Below the pieces are notes generated by a model, which was given only the letters and a program-made list of their open reading frames with translations, searched no databases and was not told the origin of the DNA. 64,000 bases of DNA from contig NC_045696.1 in the NCBI RefSeq assembly GCF_009834535.1, positions 15,192,001-15,256,000 on the forward strand. Reading direction: 5' to 3'. This DNA comes from Camelus ferus. Taxonomy: Eukaryota. The position numbers were made by a program, and so were the translations under genes. The first letter of the stretch is position 1. The number at the start of each line of letters is the position of its first letter. Shown piece after piece: positions 13,556 to 25,395 of this stretch.

Positions 13556-13699
13556 GATAAACAGATTTTTCATAGGGATGGTTAATCAGAGATTTCTAGC
13601 AATAACTGGACTTCCAAAATTAAAACAAATAGATTTATAAATAAATTATTTGAGACTCATTTGCATTGAATTATCAAATAAAGCAAGGAAATTTGGAAC

Positions 13700-13850
13700 T
13701 ACTTGCCTGAGCTGGGGAGGACTTGTTAAAAATATCTGCTACTTCCAGGCCTCACCCTAAACCCACTGTATCCATATATCCAGGGACTGGCCTGGTAAGT
13801 TGTATTTTCAGCAGTGGCTGGAAGTAATCGTTATATTCAGGGAAGATGAA
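13700..13850 (+). mobile_element. MER5-like hAT-Charlie MITE
   Basis: CTTGTTAAAAAT...TTCCAGGCCTCACCCTAAACCCACTG...TGTATTTTCAGCAG. Confidence 0.6.
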
Positions 13851-15319
13851 ATATCATTCTACACAGCTTGAAGAAAAAGCAAGATGGACTGGAAAGGGAA
13901 AATTCACAATATACATGAGAAGAGGAAAAACCTGGGGAAAAACTAGTAGTCCCAGCAAATGGACTTACTGGAAATCAAGTGGAACAGAACCTCTAGGTTT
14001 GGACTTTGTCAAGAGAGAGAAAGTGAAGAAGCTCTAAATGACTGGCAGGGGGAGAAGTAGGTGGGTTAGAAGGATAAGTAAAGAGAGAGTCACTACCTGC
14101 TGAGACACAGAGGGAAAGATGTGGAGTAATTCTGAAGCGGGGTGAAGTGAGTCTTCTTTTTGTTGTTAGGCATTTGTAGAAGGCCACAAGTTGCTGAGTG
14201 GGGCTGGGCGGTATAGAGGGCTTGCCAAAAGTAGATGAAATCTGAGGTTTGTTCTGAGGGTGGTCCCTCCATATTGAGGGGGATATACTTAACTCTCAAT
14301 AAAAAAAAAAAAAGTGGAATGGAACTATTTGAACATTTCAGTGATTTTACTACTGTTTCTGCTTCTTGTGGGCAACAGATGGGAATGAGAACATCTGAGA
14401 AAGTTAAAATTGAAGGACAAACCATGAAATTAGTTTAAAAGGCCTGGAAAAGACTTGTTAACACAGTGGTTTTTCTTCAGGAGGCCAGACGGGACAGACT
14501 GAAGAAAAGGGAGGAATGGTTGAGGTGCAGAAAGCTTTGATGGAGACAAAAGTAAGTTCACCGAGAGCAGGGGAGTGGGAGAGGTGAAAAGAAGGGAGAT
14601 TGTCACTGGGGAAGGGGATCATTCTCTTCCATTTTGGTTAAGACCCATCCAGCTGCTGAGAATATTAGCATACATCAAGTGGGTGCAACCTCACCCAGGT
14701 CTGAATCAAGGTGAGACAAATACAGTAATATATTAGGACCTCTTTCCCATTAGACAATAGGATGGTGTTGCCAAACTTTGTGTCCTGTGTCTGTAGAAGT
14801 GAACGGGGTCTTCTGAGTATTTAAGGGAGCATCAACCTGGGGCCTCCCAACTGAACCTCAACCATCTGTGACCTCTCTGCCCAACTAGCTTTCAGCCCAA
14901 GTCTCCTGTCACCATGACCGTTAGTCCCTGGACGAATTGAGCTCTGAAACACCACCTAATCTCCTCCCAGCTGCCTTCCAAGGGAAGACCTGCTTCAATT
15001 CCCTTTCCCCCAGAGTAGATGTAATCTCCCTGATTACCACCTAAAACGTAGGTGTTACTGTGTTCATCTTTGATATCCACCACCAAGCCTTCCTGGAGAA
15101 CTTTACATCGATTCCTCAGATATTAACAACAAGGTAAAGGCAGCAGATCAATTTTTTCTAGATTTAGTCCTTTTTATAGAAAGCGCTTCCCTGGGAGAAA
15201 TTTAAGAGTTTTTGGCTCCTCTCTGATTTATTTTTCCTAAGTTTTCTTCTTTATATTAGCAACTTCTTTTTCCTCATTCCCTGATATCTGAGTGTGCTGT
15301 ATGGCCAAAGAAATAGCAT

Positions 15320-15615
15320 GCATTATTGAAAAAATTTATTGGGCATCTGCTATGTGCTTGGCACTGGACACTTGGGGGATACACCACTTAAAAAAAATAA
15401 ACAAACAAATCTCTTTCCTCAATGAGCCTATATTTTGAGTGAAGGGAAGCACAAAATAAGATATATGATGACAAAGGGCAATAAGTATTTTAGGGAAAAA
15501 TACAGCAGATATGAAGGATAGGGATCTTGTGCTAGGGAGCTGTTATTTCACATAGCACGGCCAAGGAATGTGGAAGTGACATTTGAGCAAAAATCTAAAG
15601 AAAGTAAGGAAGTTG
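15320..15615 (-). mobile_element. L2a 3' end
   Basis: AATTTATTGGGCATCTGCTATGTGCTTGGCACTG...GGGGATACA...GTGACATTTGAGCAAAAATCTAAAG. Confidence 0.8.
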
Positions 15616-16679
15616 ACATTTTGACTTAAATTCCTAACAGAATTCATTATTCAAATAATTGAACAGAGGAGTTCTAAGACAGGACAAAAATATAGTCTGT
15701 AGCCATCCCCCCAGGGGAATGCAAATGATGGCAAAAGGTTAAAAAGTTCTGAAATAAATAGAAATAATAGATTCTGAAATATCTCAAGTTAATAGCAGAA
15801 TAAGCCACTGAGAAGAAGATGGCCAAGTGATGCTAATATCCTCACTCAATTTGGAAAAAGCTCTGGAGGTTGAGATGTGACTTCAGTTCTTTATATAATA
15901 AAATTCTTTGTCTATGTCATCAACTTTTACTAGTGTAAATGCACATTTTGGATGGAGGAATGGATTCACAGTCAGTACATTTCACATCTGTTCACCTAAA
16001 ACCACTGGACCATCAATCGGTCCTTGTACTTCAAAACAGAATCACTAGTTTTTCGAGAACATAATGAGACTCTAGTTAGCAATACCACATCCAAGTGCTT
16101 GGATTATCTTCTGCACAGAAGTGCCATATCTAAAGGGTTGCCATTCACACTGAAGATTTATTCATAGCCTGCAAATGTGAGGTCAGAGGCAGAGATTCCA
16201 AAGTAGAGATCCCCAACAACTGGCCATGCAGATGGGGAGGGACCCCACGGCACACAGTGATGTGCAAAGCTGCTTGCTGACCTTGCTCCTCATACCCACT
16301 GAAATCCCTCCTCTCACATCCCTGCTGCCTCAGCCTGAATATAAACTTGACATGGTCACCCCTCCGTGGAAGGCAGGGGGCAGAGGTGGCAAGACGTGTG
16401 CATGCTGCTGGTTGTGTGCACCAGAGCACGTGGGAGGGTCTAGAGTGTGTAATTCAGCAGCCCAACTGCCAGCAGCCAAGCCACTGCCCCTTAGCAAAGC
16501 TACCCAGAGCAGAAGCAACATTTTCAAGGGCTGCTTCATACCTTATTTAAAACTAAACTTATATTTCAACAAGATATATCCAGGACTTTTCAGCAAGTTG
16601 TCATTTGAGTCAGTTTACATACAAGCAGAATTATTCTTTTTCCGTCTTTCCTTTGGAATCAATTAACAGTACAGAATTC

Positions 16680-16892
16680 GTTTATTTGAGAGAATTTGTG
16701 CTAATATCGTGTATCATTCCATTTGATTCTCGTATCAATGGCATGAAGTAGGTAAGATTATAATGCTCATTTTATAGAAAAAAAATGAAGCTGAAAGTTC
16801 AATGCTATGCCTCAAATCACGGAGGCTGTATTTGATGAAGACAGGATTTGAATCTAGATATTGGATCCACAGAGCCCATGTGTTTAACCACA
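16680..16892 (-). mobile_element. MIR SINE
   Basis: CATTTGATTCTC...ATGAAGTAGGTA...CATTTTATAGA...AGGATTTGAATCTAG...AGAGCCCATGTGTTTAACCAC. Confidence 0.8.
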
Positions 16893-19800
16893 AAGACTAA
16901 ACTGACTTTGCTAAGCACTGCTCCAGCACCATCCCACAACAGGGTGCCCACTGCACAATGCATTTGCAGATTATGTGTAAATTGCAATTAACCGTGCATT
17001 AGAATGCTTAAAAACATCAAATTCATGCCAAAATGGCTTGCCTTCATTGGTAACATTAGATGAGAGACAATGTCATTTCAACGCAGACTAAATCAAATGC
17101 AACTCACTACGTTTGTTGAAAACCACTATACTTTAATTAGTACTTCTGGATCTTAAATCCAAAAGCTTCTTAACCTTGCAAGAAGGAATTTATAGATACT
17201 TTCCCCTCCCCCTCATAAGCCCCTAGTTGGCTTTCAAGATAGAATGTCCTACTTAAATAATTTTTGCTGCCAAAGTCTTGAAAAAAATATTGTGATACAC
17301 ACACATAGTATTCACTAGTTTTTTATTTCAGTAGACATGTGGGAATCCACCAAATATTTGCTTGAAGAAAGAAGCTTTTGATATGCAACCCATTTCCCTC
17401 AATATATTAGATTCTTGATTTAATGCCTAAAGTAGTAAACCATAAAGGAATATAAAAAGCAGAGAGAAAGTAAGTTCATTGTTACATAGAATTAAAGATA
17501 TACGTGTAGTGCTGTTTTTACAAGGCATAAAAAATGTTCATAAAATGCATTCTGTTATCCACACTTCTCAAAGTCCTAGAAAAGTGCAACCCAGCCACAT
17601 TTTTTATTTTTCTCAGGTATAGATTCTTATGGAATTTTAGTATCAAACAGAATAAATTACATCACTTAATCCTTCCTCTCAGATTTTTATTTCTTTACCT
17701 AGTAAAATAGAAGTTATTTCCAATTTTAAAACCTGAACTATTTTCAAGTCCAGCTGTTAAAGATTATATGTAAACTCCTGTAAAACCAGGTTATAGTGGC
17801 TTTATGTTGGCAACCTGAGTTGACAGAAATAATATAACACAGTTTAGGATTTACAGTGAAAACAAAAACTGGATTATAGTTGCACACACAGGCATAATAA
17901 ATAATTAATGAGAAGTCTCTCATTTTCTAAGACTTTTGCTATGTAATAATGTTATCTACCTGTTTATGATTGTTTTGCAAATCACGAACCCACAAGAATA
18001 AGTGCAGAAGCAGTTCATTTGAATTATATGGGGCTTTGTGGTAGAAAAACAAGCCACCCTATGTGTTTTAAGCAGAAATGAGTAGCAAAGTGAATTTCAT
18101 GCTTAGAAATCGGTGGAAGGGCTAGCTCATCCCACCCTGGTCAGGGCTCAGCTCAAGATCTGACCCTCCATGGAGCAACCCTTTGGCCAAAGTCCGGACA
18201 GCACCAAACAGCATGTTCAGTTTGTTCACTAGCATACAGTCATAGTAACAAACTGGGGATCTGAGACCTAGAATCAGGAAAATGCCCCAAATGTAGGTGG
18301 AGAATGCAGTGAACTTCTAGAATCCTAGCTGCTCGGACACCTGTGAAATGTTAACATTCCAACCCCTGGAAATAGGTGCTCCGTGGGAATCCCACACATC
18401 TAGCACAACTTGATGCGTATTTTTGAACCGAATGACAAATCTAAATATCATTTTATTATTTTAATATAAACTAAACACATTCAAAGTTGTGGGTTCCCAC
18501 CAAAAAGCAAATCAACAACAAAGTTCCTGAAACTGATGCTTCCGTGTCATCTAGAACTGAACTCTGTTAAATTGGTGACTCTACGTATGGCTCTCAAAAA
18601 TGATGTAACTGACACGTCAGCCATTTCTAGTACTTCTAAGTATAGATTTAAAAATTTAATAGGGAGCAATATGGGTCAGTTGCTAGCAAAGGTAAAAACT
18701 GGGGGGCAATCCGTAAATAACTTCAGTGGCTGTTGAGACCCAGGACACAGGAGCCAGATAAGCACCTGCCTTAGGGTCTGCATGAGAAGTCACGTTCAAC
18801 ACAGACTCTGGTAGCAGGGATTCACGAAAGGAATAATAACCAAACAAATCACTGAAACAAATTATTTAAAGTGACAATTCCACTCTGGAAAGCTGCATTC
18901 AATCTACCAATGAGTTACTGTTGAAATTGTCCTAAGAGAGCAAATATAGCACATTCTACATAAGTTGTCAGAAAAGCAAAGGATGAAACACAGCCAATGT
19001 GCTGGAAGAATTTAATGTTGAACGGCATTTGGAAAGTTGTATGTTTCTGAGGAAGGATGCAAACAGATGTTTCATTATAATAGTCATTTGACTTACTTTT
19101 TTTCTTATTAGAATGTCAAGTGTGATGTTTTTAACTGGCTTATTTCTGGGAAAACTCAATAAAATTATACCAGTTACATGGACTTCGATGGGATTGTTTT
19201 AATGACCTTTCACAAAATTGCATGAAGACAAGAAGCAAAATTACCTATTTCCGCACTTTTTTATAATTTACCTTCCTCAGAGATTCTCATAAACATTAGT
19301 AACATGCTCATCTATGCTCTTATGGTGGATTTTCTGTTTACTACCTGATCTTTAATTAAAAAATTCAACATTTACTCGGGATGGAATTTTTCACTGTACA
19401 TTTTTCATCAACAAACAAGTCAATAGCTTCAAATCCTGAGAGAGGTTTTTCTAGCATCTTATTAACATGTGTTGTCAAATGATCTAAAACTTCATGATGT
19501 CCATAATGAGCTACTTAGCAAATACATTTAATATCTTAAATTAAAACATATTCCTTTTTCCAAATTCAACAGTCTTGGATATACACAGTACATCTGACGA
19601 GGAGTGAAAATTGGAGAGGAGCACCGTTGAATACTGGAGCTTGGCTAGAAATTCACGTCTTGAACTGCCATTTATTTTTATTTCAGTGATGAAATGAACA
19701 GTCATACAAATTTACATTGTATAAAATAACTTGTCTCTTTATTGAAAAGCAAAAGAAAACAAACAAAACAGCATATATGGTATTTTAAAGCTGAAACCAT

Positions 19801-19984
19801 AATAAGCATATTTGGTATCACTAAAAGCTTTAGTGTCCAAGAATTACAGAATATTTGTCACAATAACTGAATGGGTCCATTAGTGATCATCTTGTCAATT
19901 AATCCTATAATCTGAAAAACACAGTCAAAAAGCTTATTTTCTTATCTCTGTGGAGAATGAATTCAATAGACCTTAAGCATATTA

Positions 19985-20207
19985 ATAAAAATAACCACCA
20001 TTTATCCAGTGCCCATCATTTATATTGTGCTATAAATATGTTCTGGGAAGCCCTTTACAACAGTGATGTAAGATTGATCTCACTTTGCAGTTGAAGAAGC
20101 GATGGCGAAGCCAAGTTAAGCAGCTGAATCCAGAGCACATACTAATGACATCATGGCCAGGACTTGAACTACCTACATCTGTGTGGCTCAAAAGCATATT
20201 CACCATA
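19985..20207 (-). mobile_element. MIR SINE
   Basis: ACCATTTATCCAGTGCC...CACTTTGCAGTTGAAGAA...GTTAAGCAGCT...CCAGGACTTGAACT. Confidence 0.6.
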
Positions 20208-20629
20208 TCCAGATGTTCCTGTTAATTTGCACTCTAATGATGCTCTAATAATACTTCCAAATGACAGCCTTCTCACGTACCTTTCCAGAATGTTGTTAAT
20301 CCCTCCTCACAGATAACAGAAGTCAAAGCTGCTTCCATCCTCCCAGCTAACTTCCAGTCAGAAGGTGTCCTTTCAAGATTTAAAATAAAATAAATAATAA
20401 AATAAATTTAAATCAGAAAATACTTAAAATACTTTGTTTTTAGAAAAATAGGGCAGAAAACCAAGAAAATCCTAAAGTTGAAAAGACTCTAAGGGTTTGA
20501 TGCTAGATAGAAAAAAAAATTGCACCTAATTCTAGGAGTAATGGTTAACAATTTTTTGGCATTGATTTGACACAACTAGTGAGCAACCAAATAGATTAAT
20601 GGATTTAAGACATTATTAGAAGTAGAATA

Positions 20630-20870
20630 GCAGCACATAATAAAAAAGAGGGTTCTTGGGTTGATTCTAACTTGGCTCCTCCCACTGGTAGCTGTGTGAC
20701 CTTGAACATTTCACTGAATCCACAGTCCTTCAGTTTACTCACATCTAGAGCTAGAAATGTACAACACACAGTGTGTCCCATAGATGCGCCTTGAGGGTTT
20801 CATGAACTAGTGCAGATCAAGTGCTTGAACAGAATCTCTCAGAAAATATTAGCCTCCATTATTACTATTA
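20630..20870 (+). mobile_element. MIR SINE
   Basis: CTTGGCTCCTCCCACTGGTAGCTGTGTGACCTTGAACATTTCACT...CAGTTTACTCACATCT...GTGCTTGAACAG...ATTATTACTATTA. Confidence 0.75.
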
Positions 20871-21800
20871 CAGGGATTCAAAAGTACTTAGGAAACAAAA
20901 TTAGAAGTAAAGCTTTGAGAGCCCTAATAAATACATGAAACAGAATAATAACCACACAGTAACTACAAGTAGCCCCAAGACTAATATTAATATGCAGACC
21001 TAAAATTAGTAGCATTAAGCCTATTAGCATAAATCCTCTATCTTCCTTCCTCACTAAATATATTTCAGGATCTCCACCTCTACAAGCTTCCATGCAATAT
21101 TTGAAAATTTGTTTTGTTCAGTTGTGGATAATACACTGATAAAAGGAGGCATTTCTTCCTTTGTTTCTTTTCTTTTAACTGATGACTCAATGTCTTTTCA
21201 AACAAATGATTCAAAATAAATCCCCCAGCCTCTCAGTTTTATAATCCCAGATCCTCTTTTCTGACTCCAGTCACGATCTTAGAGATTCAAAGAAATTTAA
21301 ATGCTTAACAAGGAAAACAAATATTTGTGTTACGTGCCTACTGTTTATATAATGTTCTAAATATGTTTTAGCAAGCCTTTACAACATTGCAAGACTGGCC
21401 TTATCATGCACATTTGGCCAATGAACTTTGCAGATGAGCAACTATCTGGTATGTGGCAATGCCTGCCTAGAGGATGGAGCATTTAGAGTGATGGATGGAG
21501 GATAGATGGTCTGGGGAGACCAGCCAACTGCACATCACCAAAAGTATCTTAACTGTACCATTCACTAGTTTAGGCAGATTCCTCAATCTCTATGTGTCTC
21601 TTTTCTCTATAAAATTCTGGCAGAGTCTTGGTCCCACCCATGGAATGTAATGACATTCTCTGAGAAGACACAGTAACTAACTCTCTTTCTCACTTTACAG
21701 CTAATAAAATTAGAGCTCGAATCCAAGTTACAAGTATACTTCCCAAACTTCATTGATAAATACCTCAATTTTTTCTGCACCATCTGCTTTCTCTCCCTTC

Positions 21801-21985
21801 CAGTGTTAACACATTTAGCTAATATAAATACAGGATACTCAGTTAAATTTGAACTTCAGATAAACAACATTATTTTTAGTATTAGTACAGTATCTTAAAT
21901 ATTACATGGGACATACTTATGCTATAAAAATGTTTATTTGAAATTCAATTTAACTGAGCACCCTGTACTTTTATTAGGCAACTTG
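21801..21985. mobile_element. MER53 palindromic hAT MITE (copy 1)
   Basis: AAATACAGGATACTCAGTTAAATTTGAACTTCAGATAAACA (to 21866) pairs with TGTTTATTTGAAATTCAATTTAACTGAGCACCCTG (21931-21965); central GGGACATACTTAT. Confidence 0.9.
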
Positions 21986-23599
21986 CTTCCTTCCTTTCCC
22001 TAATTATTCCAAATGAGAATGATTTGAAATTGGAAACATGTTATTTTTAAAAATTGGGATTAAAAAATAGAAAATTCTATTCCATAAAATCAAATGTTGC
22101 ATAATAAATCACAAACTTGGGTAAAAATGACTCTAACGCGTGTACAATAAAGTTCTATTTACTTAAGCATACAGAATATGCCACCATCCCCCACCCGCAA
22201 TAGAAAGGGAATACTTTAAAATGTTAATGACAACAAAACTTTTTTTTTAAGTGAAATTCCAAATAATTGATCATGGAAACTGATTTTATTTTCACAGAAT
22301 ACATAAGGTGAGCTTGCCAAATTTTGTTATTTGATGTCCAAGTGATTTTTTTAACATAGGAGGATGATAGGATTTGATAGCGCAATGTGTGTGCCAAATA
22401 TTCAACAACAGGGAGGCAGTCCTGCCAAAGAAGTAACATTTCTCATAATACTTGCACTGTTTTCCTAAAAAAATAGCTCCATTTTAGAAGCTCATGCATC
22501 TTAAGTAACAACACACAGGAATTATCTCCACAGATCTTAAGTCACACAATTAAATTATTTACAGAATTCTATTAGCATTTGATGTTGTAAACAGAATATA
22601 TGTTTATGGCCAGATAACTTGGAAGTTAGACATGGAGCTAATAACTCTTAAAGGAGATTATGATCCTAAGAAAAGGGGAAAATCACAGAAATTCTATATC
22701 TCTTGGATGTGTCTTCATAGTAACATTCAATCAAATGTTTTACTCAAGTTTTTTTGTTGTTGTTATTTCTTTTCTATCATTTTGTTTTTGCAACATCCAC
22801 ACCAGATGAAAACATGTTTCTAGGCTCAAATGAATGGTTAAGTTTGGAACAAAAGCTGATTGACTCTTGGATTCCAAAAACATATCATGTGGGAACCATA
22901 GGAATGGTTCAGTAGATTTTACATAGCATTTGTTATCATTTAGCTCCAGGAATACACTAACTTGTCAGAAAAGAAAAAAAAATTCAAAATAATTTGAAAC
23001 AGCAAAATTTGGAGAAATGATTTGGAAAGGCCTTTTTAAACATCAGAGAGAAGAGACAGAACCCTCCTTTAACACTACTGGGAATTTCTGAATGAAATGA
23101 AAACAGTCTAAATTAAAAGAGAGCACATGTATACCCACCCAGAAACAGACACAAACCAAACCACCATGAAACTGAACATCAGGAATTAAGGTCAAGTCAC
23201 ACTAAACACTTGAGGTTAAGGACTAGGGGACTGACCAAACTGTCCTGATTTCAAGTAAACATGAGGTTTACAGGATGGCGCAGAAACCTAAAAGGGCAGA
23301 GGCAGGTTGGAGAACTCCAGTCAGGAAACAAGAAATTCATATCAGGAGCTATACCACAGTCCAGATGGACAGACTGACATAGGAAGACATCTGGAGAGAA
23401 AAGAGGGCAAAGACTAAGCATTTCACCTTTTTTTGTTGTTGTTGTTGGTTTCTCTTCTACCGTATGGCTATGATTTATGGATTCTCCCCCTTACAGTCTC
23501 ATGAAATGAAACAATGTAAGCCATAGCCTCCAAGGTAATGTGAGGCATACTTATTTCTTTAGAGTTGGTCCAGAATTTTCTTTTTCTAAATGCCCTTTC

Positions 23600-24110
23600 C
23601 TTTGTTATCTCACCTAAGTTTCACAGCCACCATGCAAGGTTGGGCTTATAGTTTAAGTTGAACCAAAATATGGATTTCTTTGGGTCGCTATAACAAATTC
23701 CATAGATTGAGTGGCTTAAGCAACAAACATTTAGTTCTCACAGTTCTGGAGGCTGGGAAGTCCAAGATCAAAGTGCTGGAAGATTTGACATCTGGTGAGA
23801 GCGCAAGTTCAGGTTCATAGCTGGGATCTTCTCACTGTGCTCTCCATGGAAGAAAGAGAGGGGGATCTTTTTCATAAGGGGACCAGTCCCGTTCATGAGG
23901 GCTCCCTCTTCAAGGCTAATCACCTCTGAAAGACCCATACCTCCAAATGCTATCACACTGGGCATTAGGTTTAATATATGAATTTTGGGAGGACACAACA
24001 TTTAGTTTATAGCAACAGATAAAAGGAGATTCAGAAAGATTAAGTAATCATCCTCATGTCAAAAGCCTGTAAAATGGAGTGAGAGCCAAAATCAGGGCTT
24101 CTAAATGCTA
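23600..24110 (-). mobile_element. MIR split by the MLT1 LTR (halves about 23600-23665 and 24015-24110)
   Basis: TTATCTCACCTAAGTTTCACAGCCACCATGCAAGGTTGG before the LTR; ACAGATAAAAGGAGATTCAGAAAGATTAAGTAA after it. Confidence 0.55.
23668..24014 (-). mobile_element. MaLR solo LTR (MLT1A/A0-like)
   Basis: GCTATAACAAATTCCATAGATTGAGTGGCTTAAGCAACAAACATTTA...CTCACAGTTCTGGAGGCTGGGAAGTCCAAGATCAA...GAATTTTGGGAGGACACAACATT...ATAGCA. Confidence 0.9.
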
Positions 24111-24253
24111 ACTATTCAAGAAAAATATAAGTTACATATCTTAAATCTTCTTAAGTGATAGATCTAAGGATAAAAAGGAGGAACATGAGAAATTAAGACA
24201 GCTGGACTCTGGGGAGAACTCTCACGTGGTTAAGGAAAGCTGGCACCTGAAAC

Positions 24254-24480
24254 TAGTGTTGGCAGACTTGGCAAATAAAAATTTACAGACACCTAGTTCA
24301 ACTGAAATTTCAGATAAACAGCACATTTTTTTTCCCTTGTTAGTATAAGCATGTCCTAGTGCTTGGCATAATTATGTCCAAGTTTCAGTATAAGTGTGTC
24401 TTGATATTTTGGTCATTTTTACACTAAAAAATTATTTGTTAATTTTCTGAAAATCAAACTGTGTTTTACCTGGCAACCTT
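24254..24480. mobile_element. MER53 palindromic hAT MITE (copy 2, centre rearranged)
   Basis: TGTTGGCAGACTTGGCAAATAAAAAT...GAAATTTCAGATAAACA...TAGTATAAG...ACTAAAAAATTATTTGTT...TTTTACCTGGCAACC. Confidence 0.85.
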
Positions 24481-25124
24481 TCTTGTTGCAGGAGGGAGTG
24501 TTAGGGTATGCTCAGCAACCACTGTAAAATTCTCACTGTTGTAATAAAGTATTATGAATGTTATGGCTTTATCTTTGCTTTAACTGTGAAAAATTTAAGC
24601 ATTGTGTGTACAATTTGGATAGAATGGTACAGTGGAAGGAGCTGTAATACCCTAAGAATGTTGGTCTCGAGACCAAAAGTAATGAACTTGAACAGAGAAG
24701 AAGAGTAGCCAGAGTGAAGGAGCTGACCAAGAAGACAGAGGGACTTGTGGCATCTGCCTTGGAAGCCCTCTCTGGGATTTCCAGAGACACACATGGGGAG
24801 GAGGACCTAGTGAAAGACTGGACTTTTTGCAGCAAAGTAGAAAATGAGGTTGAATTATTGGTCTTTGGAGATTTAAGAAATATGGAACCTTATGACTGGA
24901 TAAAACTCTGCTTACACATTAATCTAGAAGGCTCTCTTTGCAAATAGAACACAGTGATGATGATTCTCTGACCATGAAGAGATTCAGTAACATCTAATAG
25001 GTGCGGTAAGCGATTAGTTATTTACACTAAAGTTTATTGCCGATCTTCCCACAGGCTTTTAAATCTCTTTACATATTTCACATGGGTAAAACAATACATA
25101 TTTTTTATAGTCATCTTACTCTAG

Positions 25125-25395
25125 CCAAGATCTAGCTTCTTCACCTATAAAATGGGAAGAATCTATCCTAAAGGAATATTAGGAGATTACAAAGAGGTCA
25201 GTCTTCTAAGGCACTGGCATGGGACGCAGCACTTGGAAGGCACTCCATTTTGCATGTCTTTCCTCCTTTTTCAATTCGTACCGCTCATTAGATGTGTAAA
25301 TTTGATCAAGTTACGTTAGCTTTACATCTCTTAGTTTCAACCTAAGTACTGGAAATAAATGATCTCTTAGCTTCCTTCACACTCAAATATTTTAT
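25125..25395 (+). mobile_element. Two MIR-family fragments
   Basis: CTTCTTCACCTATAAAATGGGAAGAAT...GCACTGGCA; then GATGTGTAAATTTGATCAAGTTAC...GATCTCTTAGCTTCCTTC (MIR3-like end). Confidence 0.55.

Noticed and set aside
14892..15086. Minus ORF containing VLGGNQGD, reminiscent of bacterial/phage peptidase motifs
   Set aside because: Isolated short match in clearly mammalian DNA; the rest of the frame does not fit
16145..16666. Longest ORF (146 aa) and overlapping ORFs, one with a signal-peptide-like start
   Set aside because: Several frames on both strands are open because of local GC content; no recognisable domain or splice context
18030..18300. Possible old LTR fragment
   Set aside because: Only a weak resemblance to antisense MaLR/ERVL termini; not enough to call
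20878..21093. G-poor stretch with a hydrophobic minus ORF, faintly like mitochondrial ND6 (NUMT)
   Set aside because: Only a few residues resemble ND6 and there is no sustained colinearity; BLASTN to mtDNA would settle it
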